A DNA stretch of 64,000 nucleotides from Antedon mediterranea (GCF_964355755.1 NC_092672.1:15996001-16060000); one strand, 5' to 3'. Positions 1 to 14,739 are shown, counted from the stretch's first letter. Made by a program: numbers and translations. Notes: generated by a model not told the origin, from the sequence alone.

Positions 1-3000
1 TTGACCTAATAAACATGAACTTGATATATACAATAATCGGCAATTTAAACAATGGGTTTATACATATTATTATCATTTGAATATCTAATTTCTAATTCAC
101 ATACTTAGTTTTTATATATTTATAAATATTAATCAATCAATACCATGCATTTATTGTGTCAGCATCCTCGTCCCATTCTTTCCATTAAGACAGTCAAAGG
201 AGTGAGTGTGGTTGATTCTTAAACTTTGTACCTTTCCATTTTATTTCCTAATGCTTGTTTTTCTTGAAACAATTTCATATATATAGGTTTCTTATACATT
301 GAACTGCTGCCGGCCATACATTATTACGTGTTCGTAGATGATAATTTGATTGCTTGGTTCAGTTGCTTGATTAGACGTTCCTTGGGGTTGCTTCTTTGAT
401 GTGTCGATATAAGAAGTAATCTTCCAATGCTAACATTGACTGCCATTTTGTAGTTATATCGTCAAGCCAAGGAATCGGTTTAGATTAGATAGAGTGAGAT
501 TGTTAGAAGTGACCAAGAGGTTTTGGATGTTTACAGCATTTTATGTTCCCTTCAAGCTACTAAATGTGTTTAGTTTCATTTTTTCAAGGAGACCACAACC
601 AGACTTTGCTCACAAACTTCAAAAAGCTTTAACTCTTTTTTTATCATCTCTGTTTAATTAAGATATATTTCTTGACTTCATTTGAAATTATTACTAAGAC
701 AATGTTTAAAAAAAGTGTTGATTTTGTTATGAATGTATTTGGATAAAATCTTGAAGGATTTGTGTGTTTTGTGTTAAAGAGTGAGTTCGATGGGAAATCC
801 AGTTCGATTTCCTCATTTTGAGTAATGCCGCCAACAAGACCACCAACACATTTTAACTATGTTCCTTCTGTTCTTCTAGAGCCTGATCCGGGAAAAGAGA
901 ACTATTTAAATACAGATTTTTTTTCTTTACATTCAAATTAATTACATTCTTTTATTCTCTGTTACTTAGTAATCTACATCAAGCCAAGCTGGTTCATTAT
1001 GTGAATTAGAAATTAGCTATTCAAATGATAATAATATGTATAAATCCATTGTTTAATACCTACCACAAATAATTGCCGATTATTGTATACATCAAGTTCA
1101 TGTTTATTAGGTCAAAGGTCAATAACTTTACTTCCGGTCATTTTCTAACAAAATGTTGCATTACAATAAATATGAATATGTATGGTCTCAGCAATTTGAG
1201 ACCATTTTTAAATTTCAATGACCAGCCGTTTTTTAGATACAATGCAAGTCAAGGTCAAAGGTCAATAGTGCAGAAAAATAGCATTTCCTATTACATTTCG
1301 TCAAAATGTTCCATTACATTGAATATAAATATATACGCTCCGAGTATTTTGATACCAATATCTTGTTGATAGACCAAAGGGATACGGAGATAGGGCCAAT
1401 TGGGAGCCATTTTGATCTTGGGGCTGTTACCATGGTTACGGCATCGTGAAAATTGGTTACCTAGCATTTTTGGTATCCTACCACCATATTAAAGAAGTGA
1501 AATCTTACTTTGGGCATTAAAATCCTACGGAAATACACGAGGACTCTGACTATAAAATGCATACATTATATACGTTTTTAATGGCGGCCATCTTGGAATT
1601 CAATATGGCTGCCATATGCTATTATTATAAATTGTACCATTGGACTGATTTATCAAAATATTGTAAGATTTATCACACAAATTACGTTCGTACGTGTTAA
1701 AATAGGAGCTACTATCAGTTTTGAGTAAAAAATGGGGGCCATTTTGAAATCCAAGATGGCGGCCAAAATAGGGTCGGGAAAAATTGGCCCCCTGTTGCAA
1801 TGAATTATGCTGGTCCCAAGGATTCCAAAACTGCCAAGAACTCAACTTGAGCATTAAAATCTCACGGAACTGATTTTTGGAACATTAGGTTCCCCACTAG
1901 TACGTAAAACAAAGGTTCTACTGTACATATAGGCTCTTCAAAAACTGGACTTCTATAACGTTAAAGGTTATTATATGATAAAATTGGATCTAAATTTTAA
2001 TTTAGTGACAGAAAAAACATTTAGCATGAAATTAAGGGTGTTGCCTAGGCAACTGGGGCAACCCCCCTGCGTCCGCCCATGCTTACCCATCCCATGCGAA
2101 TTAGTATATAACCATATTAAAGCCGACAAAGACCATTCGGAGCACGGGTCACTACTAGTTATTATTTATTTTTGCTGGTATTTTTCGGCAATCATGTAGC
2201 GTATAGTAGGATTGGCTGTACATACTTTATTGACCTTTATTAACTGAATATTCAAAAGATTTACAGAATGCAAAGCCATGATACCAAACACATGTGATCA
2301 GCATTAATGCTGTTGAAATGACAGCTATCTTAAAATGTGTGTTTGTCGTCATTTTTATGAGGCTTTTTCAGAGTTTCTCGCAATTTTTTCCAATGAACTA
2401 CCTTCAAACTATAAATTATTATCAGTTATTAGATATTAATATTATAACAGTTTATGGGAAAATCTGAAAATCGATATTTTTTCTGTTCAATGGTAAACCT
2501 GGCATTCAGGGCTTGTTTTCACGAAACTGGCACGTGCGACAAGATAGCGGTTTTTTACCACGACACGCCTCATTTGCGGAAACATTTTTTACTCAAATGT
2601 GCATCATTGTAGGATCGTTTTTACAGATTATTTCAATTTCAGCCTACTACAATTAAATATGTAAAGTGGCTATATATTGAAAACATATTATGTTAGAAAA
2701 CCTGTAGGTTTTTGGTTAAAGACAATTTGCACATTTAAAGTAAAGTAATGATAGTGTTTACATTTAACAGCACATTAGTGGATTATGAGTTTTTACATAT
2801 TTTCACATTTGAGGGTGCATGTTTGCACACGTGCAGTAGTTTGCATATTTGAGAGCAAATGTTTTCACAAATGTGACTTTTTGCACATTTCACGGCTCAG
2901 GTGTACCATATTATCATCATCATCATAATTATTATCAATTATCATAATCATATCATATAAGAAAGTAAATGTACATACATCTTTTTATTTTATATAATGA

Positions 3001-3025
3001 TATTAATTTTTGCTTCTTTTTTCAG

Positions 3026-3113
3026 ACCAAATTTTTATATTCTTGATGAACCCACAAATCATTTGGATATAGAGACCGTTGAAGCATTGGGAAAAGCTCT
3101 AACAGACTTCAAG
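3026..3113 (+). CDS. ABCF3: ABC-F family ATPase ABCF3, penultimate coding exon
   Basis: ttttcag acceptor (AG 3024-3025) and gtaata donor (3114). Encodes PNFYILDEPTNHLDIETVEALGKALTDFK, the Walker B/D-loop (LDEPTNHLD) of the second ABC-F NBD. Ends in phase 0, compatible with the exon at 19008. Confidence 0.93.
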
Positions 3114-3328
3114 GTAATAGACATGTCTAACCCAAGAAAACTGCTGTTTTTTCCTGTCAAGGTTTTTCATCCTAACATTATACTTTATGAAATAAGCTTG
3201 GGGGCCATCCTGATTTTTGCCCCAAATCCAAGATGGCGGCCAAAATCCAAAATGGCTGCTAATTATTTATAATGCCCTTTCCAAACTTTTTAGACTGGAT
3301 ATGTTATCCTAAGAATATTACATTTAAA

Positions 3329-6300
3329 CTAGACATGAAACTCGTCACTTTGACGAGTTAGTTATCCGCACGACAGACGCCACGTGCACGTCATACGTTA
3401 AAAACTATAATAAGAGGTGGTCCTGTATTTAAAAAAAAACAAATATTGATCCACTACAACTTGAATCACAAGGAGTTATCCGCTACTAAGCGGCATTATG
3501 ACCTGAACTGAAGAATATGATATGTTGTTATTGCTGAATTCTATTAATTTGATTCATATACACAGTATAATCTGTATCCATATCACATACAGTGTAGAAT
3601 AGGTGAAATTACGGGACCTGCTATTTATTGCAATTTTTGACATGTTGACGGTTTTAAAATGGAACGCGAAGGTAGCAATTTTGGAAGGAAATTATCTCAG
3701 CAACAACATATTAACGTGTAGAAGAAATTTAAATACGTGAAATATTAATGCGCGCTCTTTTAAATGTAATGAATTATGACGCAAAAGATGAAAATATGAC
3801 TTTTTATTTAACTGGCCATATGATGATGTCACAACATCCGATTGGCAAAATTTTCACATGATTTTGTATCTACAATCCAATAGCTTCCAGAAAACGTTTT
3901 AATCGTGATTATCTCATTTTATTCTTACGAGCTATAACAGATTAAAATTTACTGTAAAGATGAAATTAATGCCACACGTAATATAAATTTTTGGGCATGA
4001 TGACGTCAAAAAATTAAAATATTTTTAACTCATGCGAAAGATAGTTGATTGACCTAGACAATATTAAAATCGGGGTGAAAATGGATAAGTGGAGATGCGC
4101 TCTTTTAAATGTTATGACCTATTACGAAAGACAAAAAAATCCTAAATTTTATATTCGCGTGGCCATACGATGACGTCACAATGTTCGGTTAGCCATATTA
4201 ATACATTATTCGATATCTACAACTCATCAACTTCCAGAATATGTAATAAAAACAACTTTCACTGTTTAGTTTAGAAACTACGACTGTTTAAAAAAAGGCA
4301 TAATTTTGACGAATTTTTGAACTTTTTCATCAAAAACGCGCGCAAATTGTTCAGTTCGAAGTGCTTGTATGACGTGATTTTAAGTCAAAATTGTTTAAAA
4401 GTTGGTAAAACTACTTAAAAAAGGCTAGAAAAACATAAATCACGCGAAGGAAATATGTTCTTAACGCTACATGAGCACTGCGCACGTAAAAATTTGCGGA
4501 CGCGCGGAAATTTTTGACATGCTCAAAATGTCATGATCAACGTATAAAGTTGATTAGAAATTAATTTTGCGCATTTTGGAATTCGCGCGTAACTTCTTGT
4601 AAAACACGCCATTTTTAGTTAACTAAAAGTTTGCCCTTGATATGACTTAAATTTTCATAAAGGGTAAAAAAAAAATTATGCTTGGTTTTTAAGCTATGAT
4701 CAATCATTAAAAATCATAAAATCGCGCGTAAGTCACGTTGCGCAACTCTGACGTCATTCAAAATAGGAGGTGCACAACTTCACGTAAATGCCCACATGTT
4801 GTCAAAGTTATGAAATATTATGTTTACACATTTTAGAGATACGTGACCCACAAAAAAACGGGAAAGAAAGAAGAATAATACAGAAAAACTAGATTTGAAC
4901 TCGTCACTTTGACGAGTTCGGGTTATCCGCGCAACCGCAACATGCACAAACTTAACCATATGAACCTCGACAATTATTATTCCATCCTATGACATGAAAT
5001 AAATATGTTTACAGTGCTGAATTGTACCTATTTTGTAGCATACATCATATTACAGTATTTACAGAATACGCTGTATTTGTTATATACAGTGTAGCATAGA
5101 CGATATTACGAGACCCATCTTTGAAATCCAATTATTAACACGATGACGTCATCAAATCGATGTATAAAGATAACAATTTTAGAAGATAATTATCTAAATA
5201 ATTACATTAATACAAATTTTAAGAAATTTAAATCCGTAAAATATAGATGCGCGCTCTTTTAAATGTGATGAACTATGACGCAAAATATGAAAATACGACT
5301 TTTTGTATTCAACTGGCCATATGATGACGTCACAACATCTGATTGGCAAAATATTCACATGAATCTGTATCTACAATCCAATAGCTTCCAGAAAACGTTT
5401 TAATCATGATGATCACTTTTTATTCTGACGAGCTATAACAGATTGAAATTTACTGTAAAGATGAAAATAGGTGACCCACGTTATTTACATTTTTAGACAT
5501 GATGACGTAATAAAAATTAAAATATTTTTAACTCATGCGAAAGATAGTTGATTGACCTAGACAGTATTAAAATATCTGAGGAAATGGAATACGTATAAGC
5601 GATATGCGCTCTATTTAATGTAATGAGCAATAGCGAAACAGTCAAAAATCCAATATTTTACATTCGTGTGGCCATACGATGACGTCATAACATCCGAGGG
5701 GTAAAGATTCTGCATGAATTCATATCTATAACATATCTGCTTACATATTAAATTAAAAAAATTGGGGGTAACGGTTGATCCTGAGGAGCTATAATAGATT
5801 CAAAGTAGGCATAATTTTGACAATATTTTGTCACTTTTGCAACTAAAACGCACGCAAATTGTCTAAATCAACGTGTTCGTATGACGTCATTTTAATTTGA
5901 AATGATGTAAATCTTTTTTAAAATGACTAATAAAGGCTGTAAAATCATAATTCAAGAAAAAAACACATGATTTTCATGCTCCATGCGCACCTTACGCGTA
6001 ATTTTTTTCGCGCGCGTGGGAATTTTTGACATGCTAAAAATGTCATGATCAGCGTAGAAAGTTGATTAGAAATTAATTTTGCGCATTTTTAAATTTTAAA
6101 TGCGCGTGCGCGCGTAACTTCTTGTGAAACGTGTCATTTTTAATCCATAGAAAGTTTGCCCTTGATATGACTTAAATTTTCACCAAGTGTCAATACAAAA
6201 CGACTTTTGGTTTATAATCTATGACCAATCATTGAAATTCATAAAATCGCGCGTAACTTACGCTGCGCAACTCGAACGTCATATAACGAAGTTTCTTGCA

Positions 6301-6929
6301 CATCTACAGCTACAGGTCAATCTTTTGACAAAGTTATACAATCTTATGTTGACATGGATGAGAGATATGCGACGCACAAAAATCCGGGAAAGAAAGAAGA
6401 ATAACAAAGAAGATGAAAAAAAAGATATTTACAATCACAAGGGTTATCCGCAACTTAAAGTTGCGGATAACCAACTAGATTTGAACTCGTCACTTTGACG
6501 AGTTCGGGTTGTGTAACTTCTTGTAAAACATGCCATTTTTAATCCATAGAAAGTTTGCCTTTGATATGACTTAAATATTCACCAAATGTCAATACAAAAT
6601 GACTTTTATTTTTTTTCCTATGATCAATCACTGAAATTCATAAAATCGTGCGTAAGTCACTTTGCGCAACTCTGACGTCATTCAAAATATGGAGGTGCAC
6701 AACTTCAGATAAATGTCCATATAATGACAAAGTTATACAAAATATATTCACAAGCAATAGGGGATATGCTGCTCACAAAAATCAGGGAAAGAAAGAAGAA
6801 CAAAGATGATGAAAAAAAAAGATATTTACAATCACATGGGTTATCCTGCAACTAAGTTGCGGATAACCAAAAAAAATATTGATCCACTACAATAACAAGG
6901 CGTTATCCGCTCTACCAAGTGGATAACTA
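3329..6929 (-). mobile_element. nested/tandem cluster of non-autonomous Helitron2/Helentron-like elements
   Basis: Three 3' ends (hairpin ACTCGTCA-AAG-TGACGAGT then CTAG on the minus strand) at about 3329, 4889 and 6475. GTTATCCGC..GCGGATAAC asymmetric IRs/5' hairpins at about 6443-6471, 6840-6868 and 6902-6927. Inserted in A/T runs without TSD. An empty-site paralogue lies at about 7981-8030. Confidence 0.7.
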
Positions 6930-7092
6930 ATGAGTATGTCACTAGCGACTCAAAATATGGATGCTATGATTCAAGATGACTGCCAATTTTAGAGTGGATA
7001 TGTCATCCTCAGTACATCTATTAATTAAGTATGGGACTTATTATGGCTACCAAAATTCAAAATGGTTGTCAAATTTATCTAAACTGTATTTA

Positions 7093-7945
7093 CTAGATGG
7101 TTCGCTCGCGTACCATCTAGGTCGTGCCCATAGATGGTTCTCGAATACACTGTAATTTCAGTGTAAAAAAACCTGCCGATTTCAAATGACTATAATAATA
7201 CATTGTTGTTTACAGAAACGAATAGGCCTAGACACAATGATTTATGTAGTCAACCAAAATTAGCACCCTGGAAATTACTTCCGAAAGACATACTTGTCAC
7301 AAAATGTGTCAAAATTTTGGATTTGGACTCATTTAAACAGACCCAATTTGTGTTTTGTATGTAACATTAGGGTGGAGGGATGTCATATAGTTGATTCAAA
7401 TAGTACATGTAACGATAAACCACTAAGACGTTTATATTTGTTGTAATTATTAATTATTACAAACGTTGAGAAGTAACTGTCAGTAAATAAAGTTTATTTG
7501 TATATTATGTGTTTATAATCTTTACAGTAGCGGCTACAAACACTCACAATAAGGAATATTTTTGGTTAAATACCCATTTACAGTATTGTATAGCAGTTCA
7601 ATACTATTTATGTTTATTCTCTAAGGGGCCCATAAATTTACCTCCATGGTTAAACCAAATAATTTGAAATGTTCCATTCATCGAAAATAAATACACTTGT
7701 GTAAACGTATATTAAATCTATCAAAATAGTATTTTTTAGAGAAAATCGGCCTGTCGTCAACATTATGATGCTGTACTCAAGCTGTTTAACCGGTTTTCAG
7801 CTATTAAAAACAATTATCGTAAGAGGAGATAGGAAAATGCGAAGCATCCTTGCATTATTGTGTGCAGGTATTTTTTAAGATTGACATCCATTAGACAGTG
7901 TATACCACGATCGAAAAACACCCCTATTTGGGGCAAATCATTATA
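7093..7945 (-). mobile_element. second Helitron-like non-autonomous family, copy 1
   Basis: Ends in hairpin + CTAG on the minus strand (7093). Diverged inverted homology to 11045-12178. Confidence 0.5.
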
Positions 7946-8323
7946 TATAGATGTGTATTAAATGCTTTATTTCCAAACTTTTTAGACTGGATTCATCCTA
8001 AGAATGTTACCTATAAACGGGTATGTCACTTGTGAATAAAAATTTAAGATGGCCACCATAATTCAAGGTGGCCACCATAATTCAAGATGACTATAAATTG
8101 TATTTATAATAGGGAGGTTTTGCAACGTAACGAAAACGTATACGTCACACACACGTCACACACACGTCACCAAATTGTTTTCGTATATCGAGAGTATAAG
8201 GGTGCCGTTTCTATGTTGTTTTGAATACAAAACAAAAAGTTTATAACCTTTGAAATACTAACATAATTCAATTTTAAAATAATGTTATTTAATGCTCTAA
8301 TCAGAGTTCATTATTGTGTAACT

Positions 8324-9518
8324 CAGGGATGTCACCAGCTTTTTGGAGTGCCGGTCGCTAAAATAACCCCCCCGGGGGGGGGGGGGTTGTCGTTATTTTA
8401 GCGAAACATAAAGAATTATGAAAATAAATAACAACAAATTGCGTCAGGTCTAGGCCTAACCTTGTACCACCGGGGAGTCGCCGTTATTATTCGCGAAAAC
8501 AAAAAAACGCTTACGAAATGAATAGCAATAGATCGCGTCAGGCTTAGGCCTAGCCTTGTAGACACTACGACCACTAGGCCTAGCCAAGGCTTAGATAGAT
8601 GCCCCAAAATCTGAATTCCACAAAAACTGGCGCTTCCTTATTTAGGCCTAATCCCCAATCAAATACTGTAGATAAATTATTAGCCTAGACCTTACTACTT
8701 GTTGCTCGATATAATGTTCGTGTTCTTTTGCGCGAGAGTTTTTGAGCGTATTCGTGAATTCCGGATTTTTTGTTTCACAACTGTGCGGCAAGCATGTAGT
8801 GCATGGCCGGCAAGAACAGACACGTGTTTATGGGTTAACTGAAGTTCAGCAACCTGAAGTTATCCCAGGGACGTGTAATTATTGTACCATGCTCGGCGAT
8901 CATAAACGAACGAACTTGCCCGGTCTCACTGCTGAACCATGCGCATGTTTTTTTATTTTTTTTAAATAATAGTTCGTAGAGTACAAAAATGTAAAACTAC
9001 CTAGTAACATAATATAATTAAAGCAGGGTGACAAAACATTCAGCAATTAAAAATGATTTTGTTTAGGTCTATGTAGTTGTACATTTTTTTAATTACTGCG
9101 TACTTGTTTGTATTTTTAATCTGTGCAAAATAAAACGCTTGAATGGTCGCTATGTGAACTTTAAACTTGTACACTGTGCTGCGTAGCACGTTGTTCGCCA
9201 TGACTCACAAGCTGTAACAATGAATACCAGGGCAGAGGAGTAGGCCTGGTATTGTGTTACAAATAAAGTAACGTACGTAACCACGGAAACATTTGCTGTA
9301 GTCTTTGTCTTATCTACAGTATATGAGGCTAGCTTGTCTGTTATTAACGATGTGCTAGGTAAAATGTTTTAGTACGAATTTTAGTTAGGCCTAGGCCTAA
9401 TATAAATATCGTAATTATTAATAAATAATAGTGGTGGTCGGCAGCCTGTGAATCCTGGTCGGAAATGTTGAGTGCTGGTCGGGGCCGACCAGCGCCGACC
9501 AGCGTGGTGACATCCCTG
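8324..9518. mobile_element. hAT-type MITE with 6-bp TSD
   Basis: Perfect 14-bp TIR CAGGGATGTCACCA / TGGTGACATCCCTG. GTAACT directly repeated on both sides. Confidence 0.8.
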
Positions 9519-10646
9519 GTAACTGTAAGTGAAAGTTTACTTGTTATGATTTCACATTTTATTTGATTGATTTGATTACACATTGACCCCTAAGTTTATT
9601 TTGCTCCTCTGGGACCTAAAAAGCATATTTCACATAATAAACCCTAACTTTTTTTCTAGACACAGACATTAAACAAATTAAAAAAGAAAAATAATGCCAA
9701 GGACATTTTCTTTTCAAATATGTTATCAAATTTGTGTTATAACTTATTTTGGCGGCGTATGGATTATGCAAATTTTAGAAATATTTTAGGAAAATTATTA
9801 TTTATCTTTGACCAAATGCAAATAAAATACTAAATAATTCATATTTAAATCATCTCTTCATCAGAACCTATTTCTTCTCTTCAAAATAAGACCAAACTTG
9901 ACCATTATGAATGACCGGTTTTACATGGAATTATGACGATTTAGACATTGTAACTGATAAATAATGTTTATTTTTTGTACATTTATTATATACAAGCTTC
10001 AAAATAGTGATTAATACAAATAAAGATGGATTTTAGATGATTTTACGTTGTATGTTTAGGCCTAGATTCATTCAACACACCTGTCGCGTTTCGAACAGCG
10101 TGCTTCGAAAAACAGTTATATTTTCGAATTTTTTTAAAACTAACTTCAACAATTGTTTTTATATATTTAGAAGCATATTTAAAAAAAAAAAGTTTTTGTC
10201 TGATTCATGCACATCGAACTGCGCATGTAAATTTGTTTTACTTTTAATTTGTTTATAATGACCTTGACTTTTAACCTTATGAGCGCTTTTTTGGAGAATT
10301 TTCAAAATGGCAGCCAAAACAAAAAGATGGTCTGTATCTTGGTAACCGGTAGTAAAAAGTTCATTTTAGTGCCAAATTGCTCAGAACATATACCGTATAT
10401 TTTGGTGTATAAGTCGCACTTTTGACACGCAAATTTGACCTCTAAATTAAGGGTGCGTCTTATACACCGAACATAAATGCCTCACCACACAGAGTGTACA
10501 TATCGTCACCTTGTTGGCTAGGCCTAAGTAGGCTAGGCCTAGCTACAGTGTACTAACGTAACGGCAACCTGCTTCAGCCTAGTTTTCAAGGCATTTTAGC
10601 GTGATGTTATACTAAATATGATGAAAAGATTTGCTTATTATGGAGC

Positions 10647-10658
10647 TGTTTTGTTTTG

Positions 10659-10689
<31 letters not shown>

Positions 10690-10690
10690 G
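10647..10690. repeat. (TTTTG/TTTTTG)n microsatellite
   Basis: Direct inspection. Confidence 0.8.
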
Positions 10691-11044
10691 TCATATCATT
10701 GTTATCATATTTCATCAAGTCAAAGGCAACATAATCTACTGTATTTATTAACTATCATTCTAATGATCATTTTTTTTTAAATCACAATAATTAATATAAT
10801 AGTTCTATATAAGAATAAATACAAAAAATAATGATTTCATCAAAAAACATAAGGCTTGCTGGATTATAATCTATATGAATTTACGTAAGGGAAAAATTCA
10901 TGCGTTATTTCTAGAATGTTTACTCAATGGTATATAAAGTTGGTTCGTACTTTCGGTACTGATTTTAACCACCTGAAGTAACCCTGTTTACTAATTAAAT
11001 TGAGTTTGATAATTAGGTATTGACAATTAAAACAAATTTAGGTT

Positions 11045-12178
11045 CAACGATTTGCCCCAAATAGGGGTGTTTTCCGGTCGTGGTATACACTGTCTAATGG
11101 ATGTCCATCTTGAAAAATACACGCACACAATAATACAAGGATGCTTCGCATTTTCCTATTTCCTCCTACAATAATTGTTGTTAATAGCTAAAAACCAGTT
11201 GAACAGCTTGAGTACAGACTCATAATGTTGAAGACATTTTAAAAGAAAATCGGCCTATTTTGATAGATTTAATATACGTTTTTACAAATGTATTGATTTG
11301 CGATAAATGGAACATTCCAATCTCTCTTCCACAAGCGTCTATTCCCTCAGGCATCATAATAACACAAAGGCAAGTTTAAGTACACTCATAACAGGAATTC
11401 GATCCATTTTTTTTCAATCTGTGCTGCAGAGGTTGGATATAGATATTTTAAAAAACAGATAATAAGCTAGCGTTATCAGTTGCCAGTTATATATGTACAA
11501 TCAACATTATTACTGTAGTTAAACCACCATTCAAACCACCACCCTCCCCTCAATGGCATGAGTAGCATTGTTCGTAGAGGATAGGCCTACAGTACGAAGG
11601 ATCACATGACCTGAACGCAGGACAACTTTGGTGGGAGGAACCAACTTATGTAAGAATTGGCTCTAAGAAACAATTGAAAACCATTAGGCCTACTAATTAA
11701 GTTGAGTTACATAATTATGTATTGACAAAAATATAAACGTCGTAGTGGGTTAAAATACATGTACTGTACAATTTCAATCAACAGTGACAGTTTCAACAAA
11801 GTATTAAATCACAATGTTTCACTGTGTTTAGTGGTATATTATTATATCTCGTTACTGAATGGATAAAGAATATATTTAAAAATTGCACCCATTCTCTTCC
11901 CCATACCTCAACCCTAATGTTACATATAAAACACAAATTAAGTTTGCTTAAATTTGACTCAAACAATTGGTCTCATTTTATGACAAGTTTCTCTTTCGGA
12001 AGTAATTCCCAGTGTGCTAATATTAGTTGAGTACATAAATTACCGTGTCTATTTATTCATTCCTGTAAACGACATGTATTATTGTCCTGCGGTACGTATT
12101 TGAAATCGCCAGTTATTTAACGCTGAAATTACTATGTATTCTAGAACCATCCGAAGGTCGTGCTCGCATATCATCTAG
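11045..12178 (+). mobile_element. second Helitron-like family, copy 2
   Basis: Inverted homologue of 7093-7945 (e.g. ccccaaataggggtgttt, gatgcttcgcattttcctat). Ends ...tcatCTAG at 12178. Confidence 0.5.
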
Positions 12179-12719
12179 TCTAAATAAATAATCAATTAGT
12201 CTAGGCTTACATATAGACTCACTAGGCACACCATCCCTGGGAAAAATGAATGAAGCAAATACAAAGTGGATACCTTTCCTGGGCCTAAGCAAATGGTTAG
12301 TTACACTAGGTTCAGGGTGTAGTTATAGTATATTTTCAAACATTGTCTAAAGGTTTAATGCAAATACACATCATCTTGAATTAACTTTAACTTCAAATAA
12401 CTTTTTAAAATAATATTGTACCAATAATTACAAATATTTGATGTGGCTATGCACAGTAAGGTAATCAAAAGTATAGAGACCCATAGTGACAATGTGCAAC
12501 TTAAATGATAGGAAATGAATACAACAAAAAACATTTATATTTGTCTGTTAACCACCAGGACTGTCACTTTAGTTTATTTATTTCACCGAATTTACTTCCG
12601 AAACACTATATCTATATGACTAGGTGTAAATTTTAGACGTGGCTTACATTTTAATACTTACAATAGACTTAGGTCAACATGCATTATATGCCAGTCCGTC
12701 ACATCAGATATACATATAG

Positions 12720-14735
12720 ATAGATATACAGGAGCAGTTATCAAAAAGAAGGAAAAAGTCCTATAATCAACAATCTGTATTTTTTGCAGAGAAGATACAC
12801 ATCAAAAGCTTCATGAATACTCAAAGGTATCACTAACAAAAACTCTTAGAAAAATGGCGGACAGAAATGAATGATTTTTATCCGTTCTTGCAAATATTTG
12901 CGACTTTGTGACTTAGACCACAAAGTTGTAAAATAACTCAAAACAAAGCTTTTTTTTCAATCAACTTTCAACAATCCAGTAAGCACTTTAAACAACAGCT
13001 TCACAATAACTTTTACAATCAAATATCCAACAACCTTACAATAGTTTCGTTCTTTATACTTCTTATTCTATTGGATTACAGTTTCTATTAATAGCACTTC
13101 TGGAATGTTCCTGATTGTTCTTATTAATTATACATGGTTTCTTAAATCAAAACATCTTATTCTAGAATGTTCATACTGTATTAAGAAATGGTAATTTATT
13201 ACACTATTGCAGCAAAGTATCACATGGATTGTTTGACACAATTTAGGAATCGGTATATAAAATATCTTCATCAGACCAAATACATTTTCGAAAAACAGGA
13301 AGAGATCGAGTGAAGGGGTAGAGAATTTGCAGAATTGGTTTCGTATATAGAAGCATCAGTAGAAGATGGAACACTTTTATTTAAATTGTCACATCTACAT
13401 CCTTGGTTTGAAGATTGTCTTCATCAACTTGGAGAGGATAAATCATTCAATAAAACACGCTTGAAAGAAATCCTCCTACAACATTTTGAAAGCATGGGCT
13501 TGCAAGAGCATTGTGATAGGAACAAATGTGTTCTAGTATTCCAAGAGGCCATACAACAAATGTGGAAAGATGTATATCCTTGTCGACATTATGATGAAGA
13601 AGCGCTGTTTGCAAAAGTTGCTAGAATCTGCCGAGAGGAGCTATTTCAAATGAAAAATGGTTTTCAGTTTAATGGGACATTTCCTCCTTATTGCCAAGAG
13701 GTTAAAAACACTGATAGTATGATTTTATGTTTAGCTATTAAAACTGTATGTCGCAAACTCAAAGCACAATTCTTAACATGGTCTGTAATGTGAATTGTTA
13801 AAGCCTTTCTTGAGTTCTTGTCACTGGGAATGACTTCTCTTGGACATGATGGGTTGTCTGGACCATAAAAAAAAAACACATGGTTTTATCATGCTCAGTA
13901 TAGTGAAGTATCTACTGATAATCGGGTATTGCTAAACAGCGCAAACCTCAAAAAGCCCTTTGCAAACCTCCTCCAAATCACTAATTATTGGTTCTATCAT
14001 GACTAAGACTATCATAGCAAGTAATTTATGACAAAAAATGTAAGTTGGTTTTTTTTGGGGGGCGAAAAACATCATTTTTGAGTGAAATGTCAGATTTTAC
14101 AGTGTAAATCGTGCAAACATAAAAAAAAACCTGCACAAACCTCCTCCAAATCACTTATTATTGGTTCTATCATGACTAAGACTATTATAGCAAGTAATTT
14201 ATGAAAAAAAATTTATGAAATTGCTGTAAGCTGGCTTTTTTTGGGGCGAAAAACATCATTTTTGTTGGTAAAAATTTCAGATTTTATAGTGTAAATTGCG
14301 CAAACCTAAAAAAAACCTGCGCAAACCTCCTCCAAATCACTTATTATTGGTTCTATCATGACTAGGACTATCATAGCAAGTAATTTATGAAAAAAAAATT
14401 ATGAAATTGTTGTAAGTTGTAAAAAACACATTTTCTGAAGAAATCTTGCTGTTACATTAAAAAAAAACTTTGTCTTAGATCAAATACAAACATGTACCTT
14501 CTGGTCAATTTAACACCAAAACCATTTCAAAATACCAACCCGTTGTAGAGATATAGCTGTTTTGGTGTTAAAATTTTAGATTAAAAAAAAAAATTGAGGT
14601 CAAAGGTCACAGAGGTCAAATCAGATTTCCAGTAATCCGGTATCCCCATATCATGTTCTATCAACATGCCAAATGTCACACTTGTATCCACTACTGTAAC
14701 ATGCCCCTCCTTTTTCCCCCTTAGAGACTGGACTA
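12720..14735 (+). mobile_element. decayed Academ-like DNA transposon (transposase fragment plus right terminus)
   Basis: Fragments CIFC..KLHE (about 12776), AKYHMDCL (about 13211) and ORF 13335-13793 (NKTRLKEILL..AKVARICREELF..FNGTFPPYCQE) resemble invertebrate Academ-type transposase N-termini as recalled. Ends GAGACTGGACTA (14735), fitting TAG..CTA termini. Subterminal ~190-bp direct repeats at 13940-14420. Confidence 0.55.
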
Positions 14736-14739
14736 TATC

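Noticed and set aside
2490-2908. Possible MITE with TGGTA(A/C)ACCTG termini
   Set aside because: Short imperfect TIR and no TSD.
2997-3272. 91-aa ORF as a standalone gene
   Set aside because: Only 3026-3113 is exon; the rest is intron read-through.
12910-13203. ~290-bp TG..CA insertion in the Academ-like coding remnant (possible solo LTR)
   Set aside because: No matching TSD and no second copy in the window.
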